Notes: generated from the sequence alone by a model not told the origin. A stretch of DNA of 32,828 nt from Bifidobacteriaceae bacterium (GCA_031278675.1 JAITJY010000236.1:1-32828), one strand, 5' to 3'. Numbered from the stretch's first letter, positions 14,791 through 26,596 are shown. Numbers and translations are program-made.

Positions 14791-16260
14791 CTACTTCCGC
14801 TTCGACCGGGACTGTTTCTTCGGTTGTTGGCGCTGACCGCCCACTGGTTTGGCCTGCCCCTCGCCTTCCGCCTGCTCGTTGGCGGCCTTTTGGCTCGGTG
14901 CCGCATCGGCGGGCTCCGCCTCCCGCTTCGGGGCCCCCGCAGCCGGGGAAGGATTCGCGGCCTGGAGCGGCCCCGACTTACGTTGAGCCCGGCCGGTCCG
15001 CTTCGGTTGGGCGCGCTGAGGGGAGCCGCTCGGGGTCGGTTGGTTCTTGTCCGCCGAGGCGGGCTCGGCCTCCCGCTTCGGGGCCCCGGCGGCAGGGGAA
15101 GGATTGGCGGCCTGGAGCGGCCCCGACTTACGTTGAGCCCGGCCGGTCCGCTTCGGTTGGGCGCGCTGAGGGGAGCCGCTCGGGCCCACCTGGTTCTTAT
15201 CCGCCGCAGCGGGCCCCGCCTCCCGCTTCGGGGCCCCCGCAGCCGGGGAAGGATTCGCGGCCGGAAGCGGCCCCGACTTGCGTTGGGCCCGGCTGGTCCG
15301 CTTCGGTTGGGCGCGCTGAGGGGAAGCGCTCGGGCCCACCTGGTTCTTATCCGCCGAGGCGGGCCCCGCCTCGGCGCCTTCTTCCGGCAACCCTTTCTTC
15401 TGACGCTTTTTTGCGCGGCGTTCTTTCATCCGCCGCTCTGCCTCAGACCCCGGGGCTGGCATATTCCGGATCACAATAAATTGCTGACCCATGGACCACA
15501 AGTTGGTGGTCAACCAGTAAATCAAAACACCAATCGGGAAGTTCACTCCGGACACCGCAAAAATGCCGGGCATGGCATACATCATGATCTTCTGCGTCCG
15601 GAACATCGGATTGTCTTTAGCCGTTTCCGGCATATTCTTCATGGTCAATTGCCGCTGCGTGGTAAAGGTTGTCACCGACATCAGTATGATCAAAATGATC
15701 GTGACAAGCCGCACCGGCCCCGCTGAGGCGCCCGCCCATGTGTCCCGATCCAAGAAGGTGGCCGACAAGGGCGCCCCCAAGAGCCGCGTCGATTCGATCT
15801 GGAGCGCCACCTCTTGGGTGATCGGACCTATGGCCGGCCGGCCATAGTCGCCGCGGGCCAACGCACCGAGCGAATAAAGCACCCGGAATAACGCAAAAAA
15901 CAGCGGTGATTGGGCCAACACCGGCCAGCAGCCACTCATCGGATTAGAACCATGTTTGCGGTACAACGCCATGGTTTCTTCCTGCATGCGGCGGCGTGAG
16001 ACCGGATCGGTCTTCCCCTTATAGCGGCGCTGGATTTTTTGTAGATCCGGCTGCAGCAACTGCATCCCCCGCGATGACCTGATCTGCTTGACGAACAGCG
16101 GGATCATGATCACACGCATGATCACCACCAGCACCACGATCGACAAGATCCACGCCACGCCCTCCGGTAGGCCGATCAGCGCGCCTAATTCGTGGGCCAG
16201 GTACATGATCCACGCCACCGCCCACATAATGGGCCGTAGTACCGGGTCAAGCCAATCCAT
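14791..16260 (-). CDS. yidC: Membrane protein insertase YidC with a long basic repeat-containing C-terminal tail
   Basis: Conserved core: PIMWAV..., GCWPVLAQSPLFFALF and INFPIGVLIYWLTTNLWSMGQQ. The tail carries three 50-aa K/R/P-rich repeats. Confidence 0.92.
   Translation of the reverse strand: MDWLDPVLRPIMWAVAWIMYLAHELGALIGLPEGVAWILSIVVLVVIMRVIMIPLFVKQIRSSRGMQLLQPDLQKIQRRYKGKTDPVSRRRMQEETMALYRKHGSNPMSGCWPVLAQSPLFFALFRVLYSLGALARGDYGRPAIGPITQEVALQIESTRLLGAPLSATFLDRDTWAGASAGPVRLVTIILIILMSVTTFTTQRQLTMKNMPETAKDNPMFRTQKIMMYAMPGIFAVSGVNFPIGVLIYWLTTNLWSMGQQFIVIRNMPAPGSEAERRMKERRAKKRQKKGLPEEGAEAGPASADKNQVGPSASPQRAQPKRTSRAQRKSGPLPAANPSPAAGAPKREAGPAAADKNQVGPSGSPQRAQPKRTGRAQRKSGPLQAANPSPAAGAPKREAEPASADKNQPTPSGSPQRAQPKRTGRAQRKSGPLQAANPSPAAGAPKREAEPADAAPSQKAANEQAEGEGQAKPVGGQRQQPKKQSRSKRK
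14911..15360. repeat. 3 x 150-bp near-identical in-frame tandem repeat in the yidC 3' region
   Basis: Units begin at 14911, 15061 and 15211, and a fourth partial unit starts at 15361. Only scattered substitutions separate the units. Confidence 0.9.
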
Positions 16261-16663
16261 GTGTCACCTTTCTCGTGCCCCTCTTAGCCTGGATCCACCG
16301 ATCCTCGCCTACTGCGCCACCCCCGCCAGGCCCGCTGGACGCCCCTGACCCGCTGGGCAGGCCACCGGGTAGCCATCGCCGACCAGGCACGCCCATCACG
16401 CCCTTCCGGGGCTGCTCGATCCGCCGATCCTCGGCGGATCCAAGCTTAGGGACATGGTCCACACCACCGGGATGAAACGGCTGGCAGCGCACCAGCCGCC
16501 ACAAGGCCAGCCCACCACCCTTGACCAGCCCGTGCCGCCGCAAAGCCACCACCGCGTAGCTGGAACAGGTCGGATAAAACCGGCACCGCGGGACAAACAG
16601 CGGCGAGATCGCGACCTGGTAGGCGCGGACCAGGGCTGCGGCCCCCCGCCCTGCCCACCTCAT
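16247..16663 (-). CDS. yidD: Membrane protein insertion efficiency factor YidD, with C-terminus extended ~63 aa by read-through of a MITE
   Basis: Conserved core LVRAYQVAISPLFVPRCRFYPTCSSYAVVALRRHGLVKGGGLALWRLVRCQPFHPGGVDHVP. ATG 16663 overlaps the rnpA stop (ATGA). Downstream of DHVP the ORF is entirely MITE copy B sequence and ends inside the yidC start region. Confidence 0.8.
   Translation of the reverse strand: MRWAGRGAAALVRAYQVAISPLFVPRCRFYPTCSSYAVVALRRHGLVKGGGLALWRLVRCQPFHPGGVDHVPKLGSAEDRRIEQPRKGVMGVPGRRWLPGGLPSGSGASSGPGGGGAVGEDRWIQAKRGTRKVTHGLA
16287..16445 (-). mobile_element. MITE-like element, copy B (159 bp, inverted relative to A and C), flanked by TTA/TTA
   Basis: Termini are GCCTGGATCCACCGAT and CGGCGGATCCAAGC. 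The interior aligns with the reverse complement of copy A. Confidence 0.8.
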
Positions 16664-16989
16664 CGCAAAGCCTTCGCCAAGGCGCGGCAAACGGCATCGT
16701 CCAACTGGGCGTACGTGGCGTGCGCGGCGCCCGGCAACGCCCGCACCACCACGTCGAGGCTAGGGTCGATCCCGGGCAGGCGGGCAGCCGCGATGGCCCG
16801 CAACCGGCGCACTACCCGATGTCGCTCCACTGAGTTCCCCACTGCTTTCGATACCACAGTTCCGGCTCGCCACGGCCCTACGGTCGGCTGGACGTAGACC
16901 ACCGCCCACCGGCTAGCCCCACGCCGACCGGCGCGGATCAGCGCCGCGAACTGGGCCGGGCGTCGAATCCGATGGTCTTTGGCGAGCAA
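16660..16989 (-). CDS. rnpA: Ribonuclease P protein component
   Basis: VSKAVGNSVERHRVVRRLR matches the RnpA RNR motif. Conserved position after rpmH. Confidence 0.9.
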   Translation of the reverse strand: MLAKDHRIRRPAQFAALIRAGRRGASRWAVVYVQPTVGPWRAGTVVSKAVGNSVERHRVVRRLRAIAAARLPGIDPSLDVVVRALPGAAHATYAQLDDAVCRALAKALR

Positions 16990-16998
16990 ACCGGCGGA

Positions 16999-17136
16999 CT
17001 AGACCGCGAGTTCTTTACGGCCTTTGCGGCGGCGCGCCGCGATGATGGCGCGGCCGGCTCGCGTCCTCATGCGCAGGCGGAAGCCGTGGGTCTTCGCCCG
17101 GCGCCGGTTGTTCGGCTGAAACGTTCTCTTAGTCAC
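16999..17136 (-). CDS. rpmH: 50S ribosomal protein L34
   Basis: (M)[47 protein letters not shown] start at 17136 with AGGAGA SD. The longer tracked ORF (to 17223) is an upstream extension. Confidence 0.93.
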   Translation of the reverse strand: MTKRTFQPNNRRRAKTHGFRLRMRTRAGRAIIAARRRKGRKELAV

Positions 17137-17344
17137 GCGACTTTCTCCTATCAGGTACCGCGACCAAACCTGCGGCCCGCTGGGAGCGGCAAAAGGGCAG
17201 GGTTCATCGCATAGACCCAACAAAACTTAGGCCCACCGCCGCCCCTGGGTCAAACCGGGTCCCCGGGGGCCTGCGGCACCCCGCTACAACGCGTCGGCGC
17301 TGAAGCACTACCCTTCTAGGAGCGCCGAACGAAAGGAGCCCGCG

Positions 17345-18790
17345 TTGAGCGAACCGCCCAGCATTGAGCAGGTTTGGTCTACCGCCGTGGACGCCCTGGT
17401 CGCCTCCGGGCGCATCACCGGCTCCGACTTCGGTTTTACGGCGCTGGTCAGCCCCCGCGGGTTCCTGGGCGACACGGCCCTCCTGGCAGTAGCCTCACCT
17501 TATACCAAAGACCACTTGGAAGTGCATCTACGCGAACCTTTGACTGAGGCTTTGAGTGCTGCCGCCGGGCGCCCCGTCAACTTCGCTGTGACCATCGATG
17601 AAGCCCTCGAAGAACCGTTGCCGCCGGCCACCGAACCGAGGCCAATCCCGTTCCAGGGCAGTTTTGGTCTTGAGGGCGCCGGAGATGACACCGGCGAGAT
17701 CGAACCGATCGCTTCCCCGATTGCTTTCCGGCCGCCTCCCCCAGAATCGCGTCTCCAAGCGCGCTACACCTTCGACACTTTTGTTGTCGGCCGGTCCAAC
17801 CGGTTTGCGGCGGCCGCCGCCCAGGCTGTCGCCGAATCGCCTGCTTCAACCTACAACCCGTTGTTCATCTTTGGGCGCTCCGGGCTGGGTAAGACCCACC
17901 TACTGCACGCGATAGGCAACTATGCTCTGGCTCTGACCACCCCGAACCAACCGAATATGCGGGTTCTTTACACCACATCCGAGGACTTCACCAACGATTT
18001 CATCAGCCACATCGCGGCCAAGAAGATGGAAGAGTTCAAACGCTTCTACCGCAGCCACGACATCTTGCTGATCGACGACATCCAGTTCCTGGCCGACAAG
18101 GGCGCCACCACGGAAGAGTTCTTCCACACTTTCAACTCGCTGTACAACTCCGGCAGCCATATCGTCATCACCTCTGATACGCCCCCCAAACAGCTGGTCG
18201 GTTTCGAAGACCGGCTGCGGACCCGTTTCGAATGGGGGTTATTGACGGACATTGTGGCTCCGGACCTCGAAATGCGGATCGCTATCCTCCGTCTAAAAGC
18301 CACCCGCGAAGGCCTCGACGCCCCCGATGACGTGCAGGAATACATCGCATCGTTGATCTCTTCGAACGTCCGCGAGCTAGAAGGCGCACTGATCCGGGTG
18401 ACGGCTTTCGCGTCGCTCAACCGTCAGCCTGTCACGTTAGCTCTCGCTGAAGTGGTCCTGCGTGACCTGGTGACGGACTCTCAGTCGGAAATCACACCGG
18501 CCTTGATCATTGGCCAGACCGCGCAATATTTCAGTGTCACGATCGAGGACATTTGCGGCCCGTCCCGCCGCCCCCAATTCGCCTACCCGCGACACGTTGC
18601 CATGTACCTGTGCCGCGAGCTGACCGAACTGTCGCTGCCGGTGATCGGCCGCGAGTTCGGTGGCCGCGACCACACCACCGTAATTAACGCGCTGAAGAAG
18701 ATCGCCAAACAGTTGCCCCAAGACCCTGTCGTGTTCAACACTGTCCGCGAACTGACGCACCGCATCAAGCAGTGCGCCGCCGAACAGTAA
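17345..18790 (+). CDS. dnaA: Chromosomal replication initiator DnaA
   Basis: Walker A GRSGLGKTHLLHA, the IDDIQFL box, and a C-terminal DNA-binding domain with RPRHVAMYLCRELT and DHTTVINA. TTG start after AAAGGAG. Confidence 0.95.
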   Translation: MSEPPSIEQVWSTAVDALVASGRITGSDFGFTALVSPRGFLGDTALLAVASPYTKDHLEVHLREPLTEALSAAAGRPVNFAVTIDEALEEPLPPATEPRPIPFQGSFGLEGAGDDTGEIEPIASPIAFRPPPPESRLQARYTFDTFVVGRSNRFAAAAAQAVAESPASTYNPLFIFGRSGLGKTHLLHAIGNYALALTTPNQPNMRVLYTTSEDFTNDFISHIAAKKMEEFKRFYRSHDILLIDDIQFLADKGATTEEFFHTFNSLYNSGSHIVITSDTPPKQLVGFEDRLRTRFEWGLLTDIVAPDLEMRIAILRLKATREGLDAPDDVQEYIASLISSNVRELEGALIRVTAFASLNRQPVTLALAEVVLRDLVTDSQSEITPALIIGQTAQYFSVTIEDICGPSRRPQFAYPRHVAMYLCRELTELSLPVIGREFGGRDHTTVINALKKIAKQLPQDPVVFNTVRELTHRIKQCAAEQ

Positions 18791-19146
18791 AGCCCGGCTC
18801 GGCACCAGTTATGCCCAGTTGTGGGTAACTCTGTGGATAGTGGTGGATAAGCGCCGAATGTGATGTAAAACACCCCCCTTGGCCGTGGAAAACTCTCCAC
18901 CTGGCTCGCCTCACTCCACAGCCGACGTTAGTTACCCACACCCCCGTCCACTTTTTACTCACACTGCTCCGCTGGCCCCTACCTGCCTACCGACCACTTT
19001 TCCACATGATCCACAGCCTCTACTGCTACTACGCTTAGAGATCTAACGAGGATTGATGTGGATAACCAACATGGTCCAGCCCGCTCATGCCGGCTCCAGG
19101 CCGCGTAGTCTTAGAGGCCACACAAGTAACGAATCGGAGGAACACC
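18791..19146. other. oriC (DnaA-box cluster in the dnaA-dnaN intergenic region)
   Basis: One perfect TTATCCACA box sits on the minus strand at 19057-19065. One-mismatch boxes are at 18820-18828, 18832-18840, 18842-18850, 18932-18940, 18998-19006 and 19007-19015. A two-mismatch box is at 18884-18892. GC is locally lower. Confidence 0.85.
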
Positions 19147-20277
19147 ATGAAGTTCATGGTTGACAGAGATGTCTTGGCTGATGCCGTCGGTTGGGTTGCC
19201 CGCGCCTTGCCGGCCCGCCCCCCTAGCCCCGTCCTGACCGGCGTCAGGATCAAAGCTAGCGCCGCTGCCGCTGGGTCGGTCCAGCTATCGAGCTTCGACT
19301 ACGAAGTATCCGCTAAAGCCCAGGTCGGGGCGGATGTCGAAGGCGCCGGCGACGTACTGGTCTCCGGCAAGCTACTAGCCGAGATCGCCAAGCTGTTACC
19401 CGCCAAACCGGCCACGTTCCGCTTAGAAGGCCCAAAAGTGGTGCTGACCTGCGGAACTTCAACATTTACCCTGCCGACGATGCCGCTCGATGACTACCCA
19501 GCTCTCCCTCACCTGCCCAGCGTGGTCGGTTCGGTAGCGGCTGGTTCGTTTGCGCACGCGGTGGGCCAGGTCGCGGTGGCAGCCACCAAGGATGAGACCC
19601 TGCCGCTCCTGACCGGGGTCAAGGTAGAAATCGAAGGGGAGAACCTGACTCTGCTCGCCACTGACCGCTACCGGTTAGCCATCCGCGAGATGCAATGGCG
19701 GCCGACCAGTCCAGAGACCTCGAGGGTGGCGTTGGTGCGGGCCAAGACACTAAACGAAGTGGCGAAGTCTTTTTCTCCGACAGAACAGATCGAGGTGTCC
19801 CTGACCGCTCCCGGGATTGTGGACATCATCGGTTTCGCCGCCGCCGGCCGGGAAACCACCTCGCTGTTGATCGACGGGGACTATCCGCAGGTACGGAATC
19901 TGTTGCCGGATTCGTTTTCTTCCAGCGCCTCGATCGGGGTAGCCGAACTGATCGAAGCGGTCCGCCGGGTCTCGTTGGTGGCAGAACGCAACACGCCCGT
20001 TCAGATCGCATTCACCGAAGGTCAGGCCGTCTTGAACGCCGGTGCCGGCGATGACGCACAGGCCTCGGAGGTGTTGGAGGCAACACTGGACGGCGAAGAC
20101 ACGACGGTCGCGTTCAATCCCCATTATTTGTTGGAGGGACTGAATGCGATGGGGACGCCCCAGGTGCGGCTCTCGCTCAACCAAACCACCAAGCCGGTGT
20201 TGTTCCAAGGGGAGAAGGACGGCCAAGTGGTACCGGATTACAAGTATTTGCTGGTGCCGATCCGGTTCACTGTCTAG
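19147..20277 (+). CDS. dnaN: DNA polymerase III beta sliding clamp
   Basis: MKFMVDRDVLADAVGWVARALP... is a typical DnaN N-terminus. ATG 19147 lies 7 nt after GGAGGA. The tracked ORF start at 19087 is an upstream extension. Confidence 0.93.
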   Translation: MKFMVDRDVLADAVGWVARALPARPPSPVLTGVRIKASAAAAGSVQLSSFDYEVSAKAQVGADVEGAGDVLVSGKLLAEIAKLLPAKPATFRLEGPKVVLTCGTSTFTLPTMPLDDYPALPHLPSVVGSVAAGSFAHAVGQVAVAATKDETLPLLTGVKVEIEGENLTLLATDRYRLAIREMQWRPTSPETSRVALVRAKTLNEVAKSFSPTEQIEVSLTAPGIVDIIGFAAAGRETTSLLIDGDYPQVRNLLPDSFSSSASIGVAELIEAVRRVSLVAERNTPVQIAFTEGQAVLNAGAGDDAQASEVLEATLDGEDTTVAFNPHYLLEGLNAMGTPQVRLSLNQTTKPVLFQGEKDGQVVPDYKYLLVPIRFTV

Positions 20278-20434
20278 CCTGGATCCACCGATGATCGCCG
20301 CAGAGAGGCACCAAAGGGGTGTGATGGGTGTTCCTGGCCGGCGATGGCGACCCGGCGGTCTGCCCGGGCGGCCAGGGAACTTCCAGCGGGCTTGTCTGGG
20401 GCGGCGAGCTAGGCAAGGATCTGTGGATTGAGGC
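20277..20434 (+). mobile_element. MITE-like element, copy C (158 bp), same orientation as A
   Basis: Termini are GCCTGGATCCACCGAT and ATCTGTGGATTGAGGC. It occupies essentially the whole dnaN-recF intergenic region. Flanks are CTA and TAA. Confidence 0.8.
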
Positions 20435-20443
20435 TAAGTAGCC

Positions 20444-21574
20444 ATGTATTTGAGTGACCTGGCCCTGACCGACTTCAGGTCACATGGCGCAGCGGTGATC
20501 CGGCTGGAACCAGGGGTGACAACCTTCGTTGGCGGCAACGGGCAAGGTAAGACGAACATTGTTGAGGCGGTGGCTTACCTGGCGACACTGGCGTCCCACC
20601 GGGTAGCTGCCACTGCGCCGTTGGTGCGCCGCGGAGCGGAACAGGCCGTCATCCGGGCGAAGGTGGTCCGGGGCGCCAGAGCGGTCCTGATCAATTTGGT
20701 CTTGGCGCCAGGCAAGGCCACCAAGGCAGAACTGGGGCGGGCGAAAGTCAAGCCCGCAGCGTTGCTCGGGGTGGTCAAGGCGGTAGCTTTCACACCCGAG
20801 GACTTGGCCCTGGTCAAGACCGGCCCCGAAGTGCGCCGCCGCTACCTCGACGAGTTGCTGATCCAAATGCGCCCAGCCTTAGCCGGCGTGATCGCAGATT
20901 ACGAAAAAGTCAAAGACCAGCGGACGGCGCTGTTGAAGATGCTGGGGGGCAAGGGGACGGCATCGGGCAACGGCGCCCAAGACGATCTGGCGGCGTGGGA
21001 CTCGGCGGCGGCGCGGCTGGGCGGGCGGCTCACAGCGAACCGGATGGCGCTGGTAGAAGACCTGGCGCCGGAGGTGGCGCGGGTCTACGGGGCGATCGCC
21101 GGGGCGGGCGAAGTGTCATTGAACTACGAACCGACCGTGCCGCTAACGGGGCGGCCGGCCGCTGAACAGGTCGAACAGGCCTTGTTGGCGGCGATGGCGG
21201 AGGGGCGGGCCAGGGAATTGGAACGCGGCGCCGGGCTGGTTGGACCACACCGGGAAGACCTCGCCGTCGCTCTGGACGGATTCCCGGCGCGGGGCTATGC
21301 CTCCCACGGCGAATCGTGGAGCTTGGCGTTGGCCCTCCGGTTGGGTTCATTCGAGTTGATGCGCCGCGACGGCGGCGATGATCCGCTCCTGATCTTGGAT
21401 GATGTCTTCGCGGAACTCGACGCCGGGCGGCGGGCGGCGGTCACCGAACTAGTGGCGGGCGTAGAACAAGTCCTGGTCACTGCGGCGGTCCAACAAGATG
21501 TGCCGGACGGGTTGACTAACACCTGGTTCCACTTGACCAACGGTGAGGTCTTGGCAGGTGAAACCGGTGAGTGA
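20444..21574 (+). CDS. recF: DNA replication and repair protein RecF
   Basis: Walker A GGNGQGKTNIVEA, an SMC-like signature region and Walker B LLILDDVFAELD. Confidence 0.92.
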   Translation: MYLSDLALTDFRSHGAAVIRLEPGVTTFVGGNGQGKTNIVEAVAYLATLASHRVAATAPLVRRGAEQAVIRAKVVRGARAVLINLVLAPGKATKAELGRAKVKPAALLGVVKAVAFTPEDLALVKTGPEVRRRYLDELLIQMRPALAGVIADYEKVKDQRTALLKMLGGKGTASGNGAQDDLAAWDSAAARLGGRLTANRMALVEDLAPEVARVYGAIAGAGEVSLNYEPTVPLTGRPAAEQVEQALLAAMAEGRARELERGAGLVGPHREDLAVALDGFPARGYASHGESWSLALALRLGSFELMRRDGGDDPLLILDDVFAELDAGRRAAVTELVAGVEQVLVTAAVQQDVPDGLTNTWFHLTNGEVLAGETGE

Positions 21575-22013
21575 GGCAGGGGCGGAAGGACGGCGGGCCG
21601 CCGAAAAAGCCGCCTTGGAACGAGTGCTGGCAGGACAGCGGCGGCTGAAAAAAACTCGGCCCGAAGCGGCGGCCTGGTCGGCGGAGCGGGACCCGAAACT
21701 GGTCGGTGATCTATTCGAAGAACTCGTTGTCCAAGAGGGTTGGTCCCTGGATGTATCGCTTGGTTCACTCGCGGCCGGGTGGGAGGGGATTGTGGGTTCG
21801 CATGTAGCGGAACATTGTTCGCCAGAAGCGTTTGAGGCAGGCGAACTGACCATACGGGCCGACTCGGCGGCGTGGGCCACCCAGATAAGACTGCTGGCCG
21901 GGCCCATGTTACAGGCCGTGGCGAAGGCGGTCGGTGATGGGGTAGTCAAGGACATCAAAGTGGTTGGACCGGCCGCAACCGGACGGAAGGGGCGCTACAT
22001 AGTCCGGCGGTAG
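21543..22013 (+). CDS. dciA: DUF721 protein (DciA-type, recF-gyrB position as in mycobacterial Rv0004)
   Basis: Conserved synteny between recF and gyrB. C-terminal LTIRADSAAWATQIRLLAGPML is typical of DUF721. GTG start candidates at 21543, 21558 and 21567. Confidence 0.75.
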   Translation: MRSWQVKPVSEAGAEGRRAAEKAALERVLAGQRRLKKTRPEAAAWSAERDPKLVGDLFEELVVQEGWSLDVSLGSLAAGWEGIVGSHVAEHCSPEAFEAGELTIRADSAAWATQIRLLAGPMLQAVAKAVGDGVVKDIKVVGPAATGRKGRYIVRR

Positions 22014-22022
22014 GTAGAATAG

Positions 22023-24056
<2,034 letters not shown>

Positions 24057-24085
24057 GCGACCAGAACGATTAACTAAGGAACCCA

Positions 24086-26596
24086 GTGACTGATACAACT
24101 CTGGCCAATACAGCGGACGAGAGCCGGATCGAGGCCGTCGACTTACAGACCGAAATGCGGCGGTCCTACCTAGACTACGCGATGAGCGTCATTGTGGGCC
24201 GGGCGTTGCCCGATATCCGGGACGGACTGAAACCGGTCCACCGGCGGGTCATCTACGCGATGTATGACGGCGGGTTCAGGCCAGACCGCGGTTTTTCTAA
24301 ATGCCAACGGGTGGTAGGCGACGTGATGGGTCAATACCACCCGCACGGGGACGCCGCGATCTACGACACGCTGGTGCGGTTGGTCCAGGACTGGTCGCTG
24401 CGTTACCCGCTGGTGGACGGCCAAGGAAACTTCGGCTCCCCCGGGGATGATGGCGCCGCAGCGCCCCGCTACACCGAATGCAAGATGGCGACGCTCGCGT
24501 TAGAAATGGTGCGGGACATTGAGCGCGATACGGTCGATTTCCAGGACAACTACGATGGGCGCACCAAAGAACCGGTTGTCTTACCGTCTCGCTTCCCGAA
24601 CTTGCTGGTCAACGGCTCAGCCGGGATCGCTGTGGGGATGGCGACGAATATTCCGCCGCATAACTTGCGGGAGGTGGCGGCCGGGATTCAGTGGCACTTG
24701 GAGCACCCGGAGGCACCCCGCGAAGAACTGTTGGAAGCGTTGATTGAACGCATTCCGGGCCCGGATTTCCCGACCGGTGCCCTGATCTTGGGCACCAAAG
24801 GCATCAAGGAGGCCTACCGCACCGGCCGCGGTTCAATCATTATGCGGGCGGTGGTCGAAGTCGAAGAAATCGACGGCCGGACAGCTTTGGTGGTGACGGC
24901 TTTGCCGTATCAAGTAAACCCGGACCGGTTGGCGGTCAGGATCGGCGAATTGGTCAAAGATGGACGGCTCCAAGGAATAGCAGACCTGCGGGATGAATCT
25001 TCGGGCCGGACCGGGCAGCGCCTGGTTATTTTGCTGAAACGCGACGCCGTGGCGAAGGTGGTGTTGAATAACCTTTATAAACAAACCCAACTCCAGGACA
25101 CGTTCGGGGCGAACATGTTGGCGTTGGTCGATGGCGTCCCTAGGGCCCGCAAACTCGACTCGTTTGTCCGCCACTGGACCACCCACCAACTGGAGGTCAT
25201 TGAGCGGCGCACTGCGTTCTTGATGAAAGAAGCCCAGGCCAGGGCTCATATTCTGCGCGGCTACTTGAAGGCGTTGGACGCCTTAGATGAGGTAATTGCG
25301 CTGATCAGAGCTTCGGCGTCGGTGGAAGCCGCGCGGCAAGGGCTGATGGGGTTGCTGGATATTGATGAGATCCAGGCGAATGCGATCTTAGAGCTACAGC
25401 TCCGCCGCCTGGCGGCGTTGGAGCGGCAAAAGATCAGCGATGAACACGCGGCGATCGAAGCGAGAATTGCTGATTTGGCGGACATCTTGGCGCGGCCCGA
25501 ACGTCAACGCCAGATAGTTTCGACCGAACTCCAAGGGATCGTGGACCGCTTCGGTGATGAGCGCCGGACACGGATTTTGCCGTTCGAAGGGGAGGTCACC
25601 GACGAGGATCTGATCCCCGAAGAAGACGTTGTGGTGACAATCACGCGCGGCGGCTACGCCAAACGCACCCGCACGGACTTGTACCGGTCGCAGCGCCGCG
25701 GCGGCAAAGGCATCAAGGGCGCCCAGTTACGTGAGGACGATGTAGTAGAGCACTTTTTTGTTACCACCACCCACCATTGGTTGCTATTTTTTACGAACTT
25801 TGGGCGGGTCTACCGGACGAAAGGCTACGAGTTACCGGAAGGCGGCCGGGATGCGAAAGGCCAGCATGTCGCGAACATGTTGGCGTTCCAGGCGGGCGAA
25901 CGGATCGCTGAGGTACTCGCGTTGCGGGACTATGAGCAGGCCGAATACCTGGTGTTGGCGACCAAGCGGGGCCTGGTGAAAAAGACGCGTCTAGCAGATT
26001 ACGACTCGTCTAGGTCAGGTGGGGTAATCGCCATCAACCTGCGGGAAGATGCGCTGGGTCAATCGGACGAGGTGGTTGGAGCGCGGCTGGTCGACTCGAC
26101 GATGGACTTGATACTCGTGTCACGCAAGGGAATGTCGGTCCGGTTCACTGCGTGGGATGAGGTGCTGCGGCCGATGGGCCGGGCGACATCGGGCGTCACG
26201 GGAATGCGGTTCCGGCCCGGCGACGAACTGTTGGCGATGGATGTGGTGCGGGACGGTGCCGATGTGTTCGTGGTGACCGAAGGCGGGTTCGCCAAGCGGA
26301 CGCCGGTCAGCGAATACCGTGTCCAGGGCCGAGGTGGCCTCGGGATCAAGGTGGCGAAGCTGGCCACCGAGCGCGGTGACCTGGTCGGGGCGCTGATCGC
26401 GGATTCAGGAGACGAGGTCATGGTGATAATGCAGGGCGGCAAGGTGGTGCGTTCTCGTGTCGATGAGGTCCCAGCCAAAGGCCGCGACACAATGGGAGTG
26501 GTGTTCGCCAAACCCGAGGCAGGCGACCGAATTATAGCTGTGGCCCGCAACCAGGAGACTGCGGCTGAGGTGGAACCGCCCGTTGAATCCTCCTAG
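24086..26596 (+). CDS. gyrA: DNA gyrase subunit A
   Basis: [24 protein letters not shown], the QRDR-type region [15 protein letters not shown], the active-site region AAPRYTE, and a C-terminal beta-pinwheel with a GyrA-box-like QRRGGKG. Confidence 0.95.
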   Translation: MTDTTLANTADESRIEAVDLQTEMRRSYLDYAMSVIVGRALPDIRDGLKPVHRRVIYAMYDGGFRPDRGFSKCQRVVGDVMGQYHPHGDAAIYDTLVRLVQDWSLRYPLVDGQGNFGSPGDDGAAAPRYTECKMATLALEMVRDIERDTVDFQDNYDGRTKEPVVLPSRFPNLLVNGSAGIAVGMATNIPPHNLREVAAGIQWHLEHPEAPREELLEALIERIPGPDFPTGALILGTKGIKEAYRTGRGSIIMRAVVEVEEIDGRTALVVTALPYQVNPDRLAVRIGELVKDGRLQGIADLRDESSGRTGQRLVILLKRDAVAKVVLNNLYKQTQLQDTFGANMLALVDGVPRARKLDSFVRHWTTHQLEVIERRTAFLMKEAQARAHILRGYLKALDALDEVIALIRASASVEAARQGLMGLLDIDEIQANAILELQLRRLAALERQKISDEHAAIEARIADLADILARPERQRQIVSTELQGIVDRFGDERRTRILPFEGEVTDEDLIPEEDVVVTITRGGYAKRTRTDLYRSQRRGGKGIKGAQLREDDVVEHFFVTTTHHWLLFFTNFGRVYRTKGYELPEGGRDAKGQHVANMLAFQAGERIAEVLALRDYEQAEYLVLATKRGLVKKTRLADYDSSRSGGVIAINLREDALGQSDEVVGARLVDSTMDLILVSRKGMSVRFTAWDEVLRPMGRATSGVTGMRFRPGDELLAMDVVRDGADVFVVTEGGFAKRTPVSEYRVQGRGGLGIKVAKLATERGDLVGALIADSGDEVMVIMQGGKVVRSRVDEVPAKGRDTMGVVFAKPEAGDRIIAVARNQETAAEVEPPVESS

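Noticed and set aside
14911-15360. CRISPR-like array
   Set aside because: The repeats are contiguous 150-bp units with no spacers. They are in frame within yidC and encode a repeated peptide.
8338-15726. Long ORFs such as 8338-8952(+), 8354-8974(+), 9628-10425(+), 10059-10799(+), 13555-14169(+), 14460-15479(+) and 14824-15726(+); also 28230-29174(-) outside this span
   Set aside because: They lie antisense to or overlapping well-supported genes. They have Pro/Arg/Gly/Ser-dominated low-complexity translations, typical of stop-poor frames in high-GC DNA, and carry no motifs.
17137-17344. A second DnaA-box cluster in the rpmH-dnaA spacer
   Set aside because: No 9-mer within two mismatches of TTATCCACA was seen there. 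The boxes are confined to the dnaA-dnaN spacer.
16247-20431. A conserved MITE-encoded peptide (GVMGVPGRRW(L/R)PGGLP seen in the yidD tail and in ORF 20144-20431)
   Set aside because: Copy A has 1-nt indels that shift the frame across the same segment, so the peptide is not conserved. The similarity simply reflects nucleotide identity of the repeat.
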